From: Klebsiella phage KPP2018
Reading direction: 5' to 3' (one strand)
Sequence record: NC_110934.1
DNA length: 64,000 nt
Part shown: positions 40,396 to 49,281 of the stretch, piece after piece
How the letters are laid out: the number at the start of each line of letters is the position of its first letter
How positions within the stretch are numbered: position 1 is the first letter of the stretch
Position numbers and translations under genes: made by a program
The notes under the pieces: model-generated
Databases searched by the model: none
What the model saw: the letters and a program-made list of their open reading frames with translations, nothing else
Told to the model about the DNA's origin: nothing

Positions 40396-40546
40396 TTTGA
40401 CTTTTGCCAAATTTCATAAGATTACACATGGAGGTGTGTCCAGTGGCCCCCCAGATGAGAATGAGTCTCATTACCGCCCGGTACTTAGCAAGCTAATAGT
40501 CACGGCATGTTATCATTGCACACCGTGACTATTTCAATTTTAATTA

Positions 40547-41323
40547 TTACGCAACTTTTAATTTCTCGATATATTGTTGCGGGCTGCAACTATATTCCGC
40601 GCGTTCTTCCTCGGTCATACTTTCCCAACATAATTTCAAACGATCAACTAGGAACTGATAATCATTATCATCATCGAGAGATTCATCAATAAAGGTTTCA
40701 CCTATCAATGCCACGCCGATTGATAGAATATCGTTAATAGCTTGCGCGTCCAGCGTTTTAAATCCGTATGATGCCGCCGCTGATAGCACGCCTTTATGAT
40801 CATCAATCATTGTGAAATCAGCGTTCGGATATAGCTGTTTAAATAATTCAAAATAATAACTTTTATATACTGCGTCCTTACTGTGGTATATTTCGCTAAC
40901 TTTATCAGCTTCAAAATATTTATGCAGCGTGTCACGGGAAAACACGCGGATATTACTATCCCCACGCCCTCGTAAGCCTTGTTTGCGCAAATAATAATAA
41001 TCCGACTTGCTCATTAGTCGAGCGGTACAAATAATGTTTAAAGTATTTGCATCATTCATACATTGGCGCATATATTCAACTAATGGTAATAAAGTATCTT
41101 GCATAATTAAATCATGCTTACACGCTTCATTTTTATATTTATTTAAATTTAAATTCCCGTCGCTATCAAAGCAAGGTGCTACACGATGGAACGAATTAAC
41201 GATAGTGCCATCCAGATCCCAAATCATGACGCGGGAAATATGCGGGAAATTACGGGTAATATTCGTTTTAACTTGATTCATTTTGTTACGTTCTCCATTA
41301 AAGGGATTTAGTTTATCCAGCAT
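40547..41323 (-). CDS. dmp: HAD-family 5'-deoxyribonucleotidase (T5 Dmp-like)
   Basis: HAD motif I MIWDLDGTIV. Size about 29 kDa. Location in the pre-early block next to A1-like. Confidence 0.7.
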   Translation of the reverse strand: MLDKLNPFNGERNKMNQVKTNITRNFPHISRVMIWDLDGTIVNSFHRVAPCFDSDGNLNLNKYKNEACKHDLIMQDTLLPLVEYMRQCMNDANTLNIICTARLMSKSDYYYLRKQGLRGRGDSNIRVFSRDTLHKYFEADKVSEIYHSKDAVYKSYYFELFKQLYPNADFTMIDDHKGVLSAAASYGFKTLDAQAINDILSIGVALIGETFIDESLDDDNDYQFLVDRLKLCWESMTEEERAEYSCSPQQYIEKLKVA

Positions 41324-41361
41324 TACCCGCTATTTATAAGCGGGTAATAATAAATCAACTA

Positions 41362-41754
41362 TTAAAGACCATAAGCCAACGCATCAGCGATGAAGCTAAT
41401 ATCTTCGCCGGATACATGAGAATGAACACCCGCGCAGATATATACCTTTGCGCTCGATAGCTGATCATCAAAGCAAGCTGGACAAGGCGCGACAACTGCA
41501 AAGGCTAGACCGGATTTTACGGCGTCGATGATAATCGTTTCCTGCTTCACCGTATCAACATAAACGCCTGCGGCCTTGATGTGACTACTTGCGCGGCCTT
41601 GCGTATAGGCGAAAGTAGTGATCTGTAGCGCCTCGTTAAACTCGATTAAATCATCAACAACGTGACCGGCCTCGACGTGGTAGCGTTCGCCATTAGAATA
41701 AACTAGAACAATGGAAGATTGAGCGCGATCGAATGGGATATTTTGCTTTTTCAT
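41362..41754 (-). CDS. hypothetical pre-early protein; weak resemblance to CDA-fold zinc deaminases
   Basis: 130 aa. Contains HVE ... 63 aa ... PCPAC, reminiscent of H/C-x-E ... PCxxC zinc ligands, but spacing is longer than canonical. RBS ATTAATTGGAGTTATAAACATG. Confidence 0.5.
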   Translation of the reverse strand: MKKQNIPFDRAQSSIVLVYSNGERYHVEAGHVVDDLIEFNEALQITTFAYTQGRASSHIKAAGVYVDTVKQETIIIDAVKSGLAFAVVAPCPACFDDQLSSAKVYICAGVHSHVSGEDISFIADALAYGL

Positions 41755-41819
41755 GTTTATAACTCCAATTAATTTAATAAGGGGTATAAGCGGGGTATAT
41801 ACCCCGCTTATAAATTTAA

Positions 41820-43484
41820 TTATGCGAAAAATTTGCCGTTTTTAAAGTCAATCAAAGTGCGCTGGCCGTTTGCATATGTAATTAAATGCGTTTGCGTCCA
41901 GCTTGACGCGCCAACGTTGTAGCCCATATCGAGGGAACCAGCGACGCCAGCGGTATAAACGCCGCCGTATATGCTGGCGGTGTGAGTGTGCCCCGTGTTT
42001 AACTTGCCCAATTTCTTAAATTGCTTCGGATTGCCACGGCTGCCGTTAATGCCGTTGTGACCGTGTACGCCGCACTCAATGCCTGCAATCTTGAAAGATT
42101 GGTCAGTGGTCAGGAATATGGCGTTAAACTCGCAACCTGCAACCGTACGCAGCGCATAATCTAGCACGTTGAAAGTATCGTCATGATCACCGATTGCCGC
42201 GTAAATTGCAGCATTCAGGCGGTGATATAGTTCCGCGTTGGCGGGGTCGTCTTTGATGTTAGCATTACGATCATCAAGCCAACGGGATAGCGCCAAATCG
42301 TGATTCGATTCGACAATGATCGTTTGACTAAAATCGCGCTCCATTGACTCCAGCACGCGCCCGGTATCGATGAGATCATCCAGAACTTTATCACGTCCGG
42401 CGGCATACTGTTTTGCTAGGAATACACCGGATGCACGGTTATGATGATTGCGCGATGTAAAATCGTGAACGTCATGGATAAACTGATATTTTGGTTTAAG
42501 AATATCAAGCAAGCTATTTTCGCCAGCCCATGACGCAGCGGCGCAATCATCATCCAATTTTTCCGCATGAATATCGCCATACTGCAAGCCTAAAACATGC
42601 CCCGACGTTTCAAAGCATCCGGCGGGGGTCGCGCAAATATTCAAATCGTAAAACATGCCGCTTTCATCCATCGTTTCAAGCTGGCGAACAAAAAATTCAC
42701 CGTCTTCGTCGAACTCGACAATAAGCGCACCGTAATTATGCAGCGCTTCGGCTTTTTGCCCTGCTTTTTGCTGAATGTAGTTTTTGAGTGTTGCCGTTCC
42801 GGTTGAATACATGCGGCGCACTACTTCACCTTTGAGAGCTGGGACACTTTCGGCGGTAATTTTAGCGTGACCAATTGCCAGACCTTCAATATTTAAAGCC
42901 GTTGCAGTTTCTGCGAATCCAGAAAGCGGATAATCTGCCGTTGGCAAAACATTAATTTCAGCCATGAAAGCAAAACGGCGATTATTTAAAAACACGTTTT
43001 TGCTGCAAATATATTTATCAAACGCGGAATCATATTTTACACCGTCAGCGCCTTCACCATTCTGGAAGCCGTTTTTATTATAAATATACTTAGAAACAAG
43101 CAAATCAGCGCCGATAAATTTAGCATATTGTTCAAGCGAGGCTAAAAAGTTTTTATGCGGGAAAGTATTATTCTGAATCGATGTAATAATAAAGCGTTTA
43201 CCTTGTTTGACTTCCCACTGTTCCACGGTACTAGAAACAATCCCAGCCGCTTCGGGGCGCTCGTCGTTTTTAATAGCTTTTACAGCTTTCGCCGTTTTTG
43301 GTTTCGCTGGTTTATTTGCTTCCAACCAATCGCAAATTGCTGTCGAGTGTTTTGCAGTATCGTAAACCGCTTTCGAAATATCGTCGCATACTTCCAGTTT
43401 AGTGGCGCGCAGACGTTTACCGTAGAAATTAAAGTCAGCGGCTAGTTTCATGATAGCGGTTTGTTTTTCTGCGGAAATAATCAT
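41820..43484 (-). CDS. A1: A1-like pre-early protein (metallophosphoesterase-type nuclease, 554 aa)
   Basis: Calcineurin-like motifs GDIHAEKLDDD, GNHD-like NHD..., GHTHTASI. Size near T5 A1 (556 aa, as I recall). Start moved to ATG at 43484 (MIISAEKQ...) with RBS TAATGGAGTTTATTATTATG; the tracked 584-aa start lacks an RBS. Confidence 0.7.
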   Translation of the reverse strand: MIISAEKQTAIMKLAADFNFYGKRLRATKLEVCDDISKAVYDTAKHSTAICDWLEANKPAKPKTAKAVKAIKNDERPEAAGIVSSTVEQWEVKQGKRFIITSIQNNTFPHKNFLASLEQYAKFIGADLLVSKYIYNKNGFQNGEGADGVKYDSAFDKYICSKNVFLNNRRFAFMAEINVLPTADYPLSGFAETATALNIEGLAIGHAKITAESVPALKGEVVRRMYSTGTATLKNYIQQKAGQKAEALHNYGALIVEFDEDGEFFVRQLETMDESGMFYDLNICATPAGCFETSGHVLGLQYGDIHAEKLDDDCAAASWAGENSLLDILKPKYQFIHDVHDFTSRNHHNRASGVFLAKQYAAGRDKVLDDLIDTGRVLESMERDFSQTIIVESNHDLALSRWLDDRNANIKDDPANAELYHRLNAAIYAAIGDHDDTFNVLDYALRTVAGCEFNAIFLTTDQSFKIAGIECGVHGHNGINGSRGNPKQFKKLGKLNTGHTHTASIYGGVYTAGVAGSLDMGYNVGASSWTQTHLITYANGQRTLIDFKNGKFFA

Positions 43485-43573
43485 AATAATAAACTCCATT
43501 AAAGGGATAAGGTTAATAACGGCAATATTGCCAAATATAACGCCTCGAATAATAGGCGTTATAATTTGCAACA

Positions 43574-43819
43574 TTAATTTAAAGGCATAAGGCTAGAACT
43601 AACACCACAAACAACGGCGGCAATAAAACAAATCAGACCTAAACGCTTCGCCAATCTAGATTTACGTTTAAAATAATACGAATCTAAATCATTTTGAAAA
43701 TATGCGAACAATAACGAGGCCGCCATAATAAATAGTCCTAGAATCAATGATTCAGTAGGGTAAAAGATCATTTTAAAAACTCCAGTTAAAGGGAAATTAT
43801 AGTGGGGAATAATCCCCAC
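43574..43819 (-). CDS. small membrane protein (81 aa)
   Basis: Two predicted TM helices. RBS ACTGGAGTTTTTAAAATG. Confidence 0.5.
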   Translation of the reverse strand: MGIIPHYNFPLTGVFKMIFYPTESLILGLFIMAASLLFAYFQNDLDSYYFKRKSRLAKRLGLICFIAAVVCGVSSSLMPLN

Positions 43820-43828
43820 TATTTAAAT

Positions 43829-44235
43829 TTATTCACCTGCGGCCTGTTTTACTTCATCGGCAACGCCTAACAGCTGCGCCACGGCGTCCAGCGTTTCCAG
43901 TTTCGCGCTTTCAAGGCTTGCCAGATCATCAGCGTCTTTGATAATGCCGGAATCAATAGCGTGTTTTGCAATTACGCGCACATAGTGAGCTTTACGGATT
44001 GAGCTACCGCCGCCAACTTTGCGCGGCTTATCGCTCTTCTGATAGGCTTTTGCGCTGGTCAATTTTGAGCGAACGGATACGGGGAGGCCGCACCAACTGC
44101 TTTCGCAATCTCTTTTAAACCGTCGCTATTTGCAAAATCTAAACCGTTTTCATTGATTAACTGCTGGTACATGGTAACAGCTTTCTGGGTGTTTTCTTCA
44201 TTCCAGGTGAATTTTGCGGTTTTTGCGTTAGTCAT
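43829..44235 (-). CDS. split A2-sized pre-early gene (58-aa N-terminal ORF 44059-44235 and 77-aa C-terminal ORF 43829-44062 in -1 frame)
   Basis: Upstream part has strong RBS TTGGAGTTTATATCATG and stops at 44059-61. Downstream part is open from 44197 in the -1 frame. U UUA AAA heptamer at 44114-44120 lies in the overlap. Fused product about 127 aa. Confidence 0.4.
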
Positions 44236-44332
44236 GATATAAACTCCAATTAATTTAATTTAAGGGATTAGATTAACTAATGTTAATCGTTATATTCCCC
44301 ATATTTCAGGGGAATATAAAGTTAACACTAAT

Positions 44333-44584
44333 TTATAATACAGCTTCCCATTTTTCGTTGCGTTGAACAACCTTTACAACGTCGCCGGATTTAACGCGAA
44401 CGTTATAAATCGGCTTGCCGTTGTTACTGCGTTCTGTTTCAGCGTATACCGCATCGATTGTATCGAACGGCATAAGCGCCGCGCCTTTAATACGTTCGGC
44501 TTTTCCGGTTAACTCATCCGTTTTAGTAACGAAAGGAATAAAAACGGATTGACCAATTTTCGGCGCATTAGTAACGTTTTTCAT
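44333..44584 (-). CDS. hypothetical pre-early protein (83 aa)
   Basis: RBS ACTGGAGTTTATACCATG of the same family as the other pre-early genes. Confidence 0.5.
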   Translation of the reverse strand: MKNVTNAPKIGQSVFIPFVTKTDELTGKAERIKGAALMPFDTIDAVYAETERSNNGKPIYNVRVKSGDVVKVVQRNEKWEAVL

Positions 44585-44813
44585 GGTATAAACTCCAGTT
44601 TATTCAGTGGATTGTTTCGCATTACCTGCTAAAAAGTATCAGGTAATAAGAAAAAATCCGCTCGCCATTATAAAATCAATTTAAAGAACTCCACGAAGGC
44701 CGCTATATCCCGTTAGGGGGCGGGGCACATTATGGTAAGTGCCGACCGTCAAATTGTATCAAGTTATCGCTCTTGTCGAACTGGGTACATCTTAAAGCCT
44801 ATCGGCTGGGGTG

Positions 44814-45014
44814 TCAAACAGTTTTTTGCGATTTTTTATAATTTTCCTTCAGGTCAATCATAATATTTCGCCAGACCATTTCCAGACCTTGCTGGCGGCC
44901 TTTCTTGTATTGCTTAAATCGGTATTTTACCGATCTTTGCGCTACTGTCAACAAATTTTTTGTTCTGCTGTCCAGTGCCTTGCTAGGTTTACCAGTGATT
45001 AAAAGCGTTTGCAT
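44814..45014 (-). CDS. small basic protein (66 aa), possible DNA-binding
   Basis: Lys/Arg-rich. TAATG-coupled to the upstream 52-aa ORF. Confidence 0.35.
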   Translation of the reverse strand: MQTLLITGKPSKALDSRTKNLLTVAQRSVKYRFKQYKKGRQQGLEMVWRNIMIDLKENYKKSQKTV

Positions 45015-45172
45015 TATTTGAGATCCTCCAAAGCGTATAAACCTTTGCCATCATTGCAGATTATTACTGCTTCTGAATGATTGGCATAGTATTCGTTTGC
45101 ATTCTTTACCCATTGCTCGATCTTTTCGATCGTGTCGTGGGTAGCTGGATGATCGTTATATATTGTTGTCAT
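45014..45172 (-). CDS. small hypothetical protein (52 aa)
   Basis: ATG at 45172 with RBS AAGGAATCGACGATATG. Below the ORF-track cutoff. Confidence 0.3.
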   Translation of the reverse strand: MTTIYNDHPATHDTIEKIEQWVKNANEYYANHSEAVIICNDGKGLYALEDLK

Positions 45173-45862
45173 ATCGTCGATTCCTTATAATGTAATAAGT
45201 TTACCGCCGATAGGCTTTAAGATATACCCAATTTTTAAAGAGCGCGGCGGTAAACTTCCCGCCGTGTAGTTCGTCATTGCCGCCCTACGAGATAAATAAT
45301 AACAAACAACGAAAAAGGCGCAACCTTATTTTTGTAAAGAAATGTAAAGACAAACGCCACCGGACACCGTGCGGCGACCTGGGCGCAGCGCGTTAAAATT
45401 AAAAGAAACGGGCGCGCGAATACCACAAAACATAGCAGATAAGCAAGTAATTTTTTCATTTATATTTGCTTTGCCCTACTTGACAAAATCTAAAAAGCTC
45501 ATGGCAGCGATAAACGGCTTATCCCCTTATGATGGGATGGCTAAAAACTTTATTGCGTTCTAGGGCGTTTTAGGCGCATTCTAGCCTTGTTGATAACTTA
45601 TCCCCAGAAGCAAAAATGAAATTTTCCTAGTTATCCACTTGACTTTTATTTTCCAGTGGATAACTACTTATTTTATAAAATAAATTAATTGACTTTTATT
45701 TGTTAGTATGCATCGGAAAGATAGCAGACTATTAATCACTAGGATGATGGTCATGCTGGTGGATTGTAACGGCCTGAATTATTAGCAGACTATTAATCAC
45801 AGAAAAACTCATTAGCCAACTAACTATTTCATGATATATAATATACTTATAAATTAATGAGA

Positions 45863-45945
45863 AATAATAACTATAAGAAATCATCACCAGTATAATAACA
45901 ACTATAAGAAATCATCACCACTATAATAATAACTATAAGAAACTA
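45863..45945. repeat. tandem direct repeat, about 27-bp unit x3 (TAATAACAACTATAAGAAATCATCACC)
   Basis: Three consecutive near-identical copies visible in sequence. Confidence 0.8.
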
Positions 45946-45954
45946 TCGGCCTAA

Positions 45955-46084
45955 GTGAGAACCACTATCATTTAAGTTATCCACAACGTTATCCACAGCA
46001 CAAAATAATTTGACACGATAGGCGGCGATATGAGGGCTTTTACACAGATTTATCCACAGGTTATCCTACTGTATAAATATACAG
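45955..46084. repeat. left arm of about 130-bp imperfect inverted repeat; 3 perfect DnaA boxes
   Basis: TTATCCACA at 45977-85, 45989-97 and 46050-58. Inner end carries the near-palindrome CTGTATAAATATACAG. About 75% identical to the reverse complement of 49725-49855. Confidence 0.75.
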
Positions 46085-46350
46085 GGTAAAAAGGCAGTGT
46101 TAACAACTGCAATCAATTTTAAGCGGCCTGAAACGCTTTCTAACGAGCTAAACGATGCGGGGCAATATTAAAGTAAAGACCCAACACGTCGCCCTGGTGG
46201 CTTCATCGTGTTTTGCTCTTTATTACACCGCTGCGCGGTTATCATAAAAATAGGCGTTAGGCAAGAAAAATAAAAAAGTAAAATAATCTTTGCCTATGCT
46301 AGAAAATTACCTTTATCATTCACTCACCGATTAACGAGGGAGGCCAACAA

Positions 46351-47328
46351 ATGCGGCTATATAAACCAGATAACGCAACCGTCTTAAAAGGTGCGCTGCG
46401 TAACCTGCTGGACGGTAGCAGAACAACCAGCATTAAGCACTTTGTTAACAAGGCCGAAGATATTCACCAAAATTTTTTTGATGATTTCGACGCCTATGAT
46501 ATGAGTAGTTTTTTGCAACTATATAAGCAAGGGGCAACCATTGTATTATATAATCGGGATAATCACCTGCTTACTAGTAGGGGTCCGGATACCGATTTCA
46601 TAATCGTAAAAGGTAGTATAGTAAAAGCCTATGATACTGGGGCGGGCTTAGAAGTTTTTTCAATAGAAAACTATGAAGCCAACCCCAATGATCTTTATGA
46701 TGTAGAAAATTTTCTCGATTCATTTTGGCGTTATTTATCAGTTGGCTGGAATCGGTCGGATTCTGATGGGTATCGTTTTGCGGCTGTAATGGCGTTTGAT
46801 GATGATGGCAATTTTTTGCTACCGTCGGAAATATACCCCTACGTATATGATGGGGATATAGAAAGCGCGGGCTTTTCTTTCTGGAAGGAGAAAGATCAGC
46901 CCATTGACAACACGGAAAAACATACTGTAAATTCTAGCACTCAAACTACTGAAAACAAAGGAAAAAATGCCATGACCAAGATCGCTAATATCGTTGCCGC
47001 CAATAAGTCTGCCGTTGTAAATGCTGCAAAATTGGAAGCGGGTAAAATTGCACTGACTCAAATTACGAAAGTAGTGGCTAAAAAAGCACCGTTCATGATC
47101 AAAGGCTATATTGATACGCCGATTGGTCGGGTAGTGATCGCTAACCTGCTAAGTGTAGCGGTTGACCAGTACGCCCCGAGTAACCAGAAAGCGAAAGCGG
47201 TAGCAAGCGCGGCAATGGAAGCGGCAATGTTAGAAATGGTGCAAAGTTTTAACATCGCTGAGATGATCGATGAAATGGTAAAAGGTATCGATATTTCTAC
47301 TTTTACCAATAACACCGAAAACGAGTAA
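46351..47328 (+). CDS. hypothetical protein (325 aa), first gene of IR-flanked cassette
   Basis: RBS GAGGGAGG before the ATG. No motif recognised. C-terminal half is Ala/Lys-rich and helical. Confidence 0.5.
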   Translation: MRLYKPDNATVLKGALRNLLDGSRTTSIKHFVNKAEDIHQNFFDDFDAYDMSSFLQLYKQGATIVLYNRDNHLLTSRGPDTDFIIVKGSIVKAYDTGAGLEVFSIENYEANPNDLYDVENFLDSFWRYLSVGWNRSDSDGYRFAAVMAFDDDGNFLLPSEIYPYVYDGDIESAGFSFWKEKDQPIDNTEKHTVNSSTQTTENKGKNAMTKIANIVAANKSAVVNAAKLEAGKIALTQITKVVAKKAPFMIKGYIDTPIGRVVIANLLSVAVDQYAPSNQKAKAVASAAMEAAMLEMVQSFNIAEMIDEMVKGIDISTFTNNTENE

Positions 47329-47393
47329 TAATAACTAGCGGGGATTGTTACCCCGCTTTACTATTCCCTTGATAATTAATAGGAGGCTAATTA

Positions 47394-47888
47394 ATGGCTG
47401 AAGAAAAATATGGCTTCTCACTGGGAGAAGTGAGCACGGCAAAACATGATATGATCATTTTAGTCGATTGTCATACTGGCTATTGCGGGGAAGGGAATAC
47501 CGAGGAATATTTTGTTCCTGCGGGTACGGATCTGGACGCTCTCGCTCATGAAATGGCTATTGATAATGCTTCTCGTTTCGGTAGCGATGGCTATGAAGAC
47601 GAGGAAACTGGCGAATGGTATGAAAATGAAAACGTATATGCAAGCCTTTATCATTATCAATTAAGTAAATCCGGCACATATGTAAACGGCGGTGATCCTA
47701 TTAATTCCGTCATGAAATTAATTATTAAACACGGTGGCGTCGAGATAATTGATAACAAAGCGGTAATATATGCAAACCGATTAAAACAGCTTGTTTATAT
47801 CCCTGATAGTACCCGATGGGATGAATACGCCGTTTTGCATGACGAATTGAAACGATGTTTCAATGTTGAATCCTTACAAGTAGTTTAA
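47394..47888 (+). CDS. hypothetical acidic protein (164 aa)
   Basis: RBS TAGGAGG before the ATG. Glu/Asp-rich. Confidence 0.5.
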   Translation: MAEEKYGFSLGEVSTAKHDMIILVDCHTGYCGEGNTEEYFVPAGTDLDALAHEMAIDNASRFGSDGYEDEETGEWYENENVYASLYHYQLSKSGTYVNGGDPINSVMKLIIKHGGVEIIDNKAVIYANRLKQLVYIPDSTRWDEYAVLHDELKRCFNVESLQVV

Positions 47889-47961
47889 TGTAAAGTTTTG
47901 TAAAGGTCGCCTTTTATGGTGGCCTTTTTTGCTATAATGCCTTTACACCGTTTGAGGACGG

Positions 47962-48225
47962 TTGAAAATTTTCCCAAAAATTTGGAGGCTTAAAATGGTT
48001 GCATATTCTTCTTCTGACGCTCTTTTCACTGGAAAAGGCTGGGTATCTAATCGCTGGATTATTCAAGAAATGGTGCAAGAATACGGCATTGCTAAAACTT
48101 ACACTACCATTCAGGCGCTTTATGATAATGATCAAATCGATCAGCAAACGGCGGGCTTTTTGCTGGACACGCTGAAAGCGGAACACTGCACTAAAAAGCA
48201 AGCGGCAAAAATTATTTTAATGTAA
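47962..48225 (+). CDS. hypothetical protein (87 aa)
   Basis: Preceded by -10-like TGCTATAAT at 47928-47936. RBS TGGAGG. Confidence 0.45.
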   Translation: MKIFPKIWRLKMVAYSSSDALFTGKGWVSNRWIIQEMVQEYGIAKTYTTIQALYDNDQIDQQTAGFLLDTLKAEHCTKKQAAKIILM

Positions 48226-48274
48226 TTAATAAAGGGGCGAAAGTAACGCCCCACTAACTAGGGGAGTATTACAA

Positions 48275-48424
48275 ATGATTATTTTTCGAGCTATTCTGGC
48301 GGGTATCTTGGGCGCTATTTTATCTTTGTTTGCAATAGCTTTCGATGTTCACGCGGTTATTATCGGCGCGGGTATCGCTGCATTTTCTTATCTGCTGGGC
48401 TGCATGACTAGTAAAGGAGAATAA
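48275..48424 (+). CDS. small membrane protein (49 aa)
   Basis: MIIFRAILAGILGAILSLFAIAFDVHAVIIGAGIAAFSYLLGCMTSKGE: two TM segments. RBS GGGGAG. Confidence 0.35.
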   Translation: MIIFRAILAGILGAILSLFAIAFDVHAVIIGAGIAAFSYLLGCMTSKGE

Positions 48425-48426
48425 AA

Positions 48427-48639
48427 ATGATCCGCAACGTTTCTCTTGCACGTTCGAAAGGCTTTAAGCTGGTGGATGCTAACACGTTCGAGCGGGAAGA
48501 TTGTAAAATCGAATATGTAGCACGTAACAAAAATGCCTTTCGTGTTACTGAGAAAAAATTTGATAAGCGCGGCAACGTGATCGCTGAAACGGTTAAGCAC
48601 TTTGCCACCTTTTACGCTGCGTTTCGTGGGGTACTATGA
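48427..48639 (+). CDS. hypothetical protein (70 aa)
   Basis: RBS AAAGGAGAATAAAAATG. Basic. Confidence 0.45.
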   Translation: MIRNVSLARSKGFKLVDANTFEREDCKIEYVARNKNAFRVTEKKFDKRGNVIAETVKHFATFYAAFRGVL

Positions 48640-48776
48640 AAAGCGTTATCGTTATTGCCCTTGCAATGGTTGGCGGTTTTACCGCCACCTTATTCAAAAA
48701 TGACCCCATTTCATTGGGGATCTTTATGTTATTATCTGGCTATCTAATTGGGAGGTTGTCAAATGGTTATTTATGA
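48636..48776 (+). CDS. small membrane protein (46 aa)
   Basis: MKSVIVIALAMVGGFTATLF...: TM peptide. ATGA-coupled. Confidence 0.3.
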   Translation: MKSVIVIALAMVGGFTATLFKNDPISLGIFMLLSGYLIGRLSNGYL

Positions 48777-49107
48777 GGGCAATCGTTTTGTTGCTAATTG
48801 CCGTCCTGCATTATTAGCAAACTACTTAAATCAGCTTTCCCCAGCTTATAAGGGTGTTATTAATATTTATGAGGGCAAGGCGCATTATAAAATCAATGCG
48901 GTCGTTGCCCGTGAACTAGCATTTCAATTTTTGACCTTTGCATCTTGTGATATTCAGGTCATGGGGGAAGCATTAATTGCAGAAAATGAAGATGATTTTA
49001 TTAATATTTTCCGCAAGATATGCACCGAGCGGCTGATAATGAAAGGCGCGTATATTCAATCCACGGCTGATAGTATTGAAACAGCGTTTCGAAAGGTGGC
49101 GCAATGA
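48763..49107 (+). CDS. hypothetical protein (114 aa)
   Basis: ATG at 48763 preceded by GGGAGG. The tracked 48748 start lacks an RBS. Confidence 0.45.
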   Translation: MVIYEGNRFVANCRPALLANYLNQLSPAYKGVINIYEGKAHYKINAVVARELAFQFLTFASCDIQVMGEALIAENEDDFINIFRKICTERLIMKGAYIQSTADSIETAFRKVAQ

Positions 49108-49262
49108 AAAAGTTTTTAATAGCTGGCATGTTTCCGTTGTTGCCTTATGTAATTTGCTGGGCTTTATACGCTCATGGCGCTAGTGTTCCCGCTGTGGCTT
49201 CATTTGGTGTATCGGCGGGCTTTCTAGCTGGACTATTAGCAAGCGTATACTTACGCAAATAA
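49104..49262 (+). CDS. small membrane protein (52 aa)
   Basis: MKKFLIAGMFPLLPYVICWALYAHGASVPAVASFGVSAGFLAGLLASVYLRK. ATGA-coupled. Confidence 0.3.
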   Translation: MKKFLIAGMFPLLPYVICWALYAHGASVPAVASFGVSAGFLAGLLASVYLRK

Positions 49263-49281
49263 TTAATAATGGGGCGTTATT

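Noticed and set aside
44590-44810. 220-bp ORF-free gap with short hairpin (ACCTGCTAAAAAGTATCAGGT) considered as sRNA gene
   Set aside because: No promoter-plus-terminator pair could be supported from sequence. It may be an intergenic regulatory region, left unannotated.
44814-45014. Small basic protein considered as IS/transposase fragment marking a mobile element
   Set aside because: No inverted repeats or transposase motifs. It is more likely a small DNA-binding regulator.
45274-45459. 61-aa hydrophobic ORF on - strand in the non-coding leader region
   Set aside because: No RBS, GC-rich low-complexity translation, lies in a region of DnaA-box-like repeats. Likely spurious.
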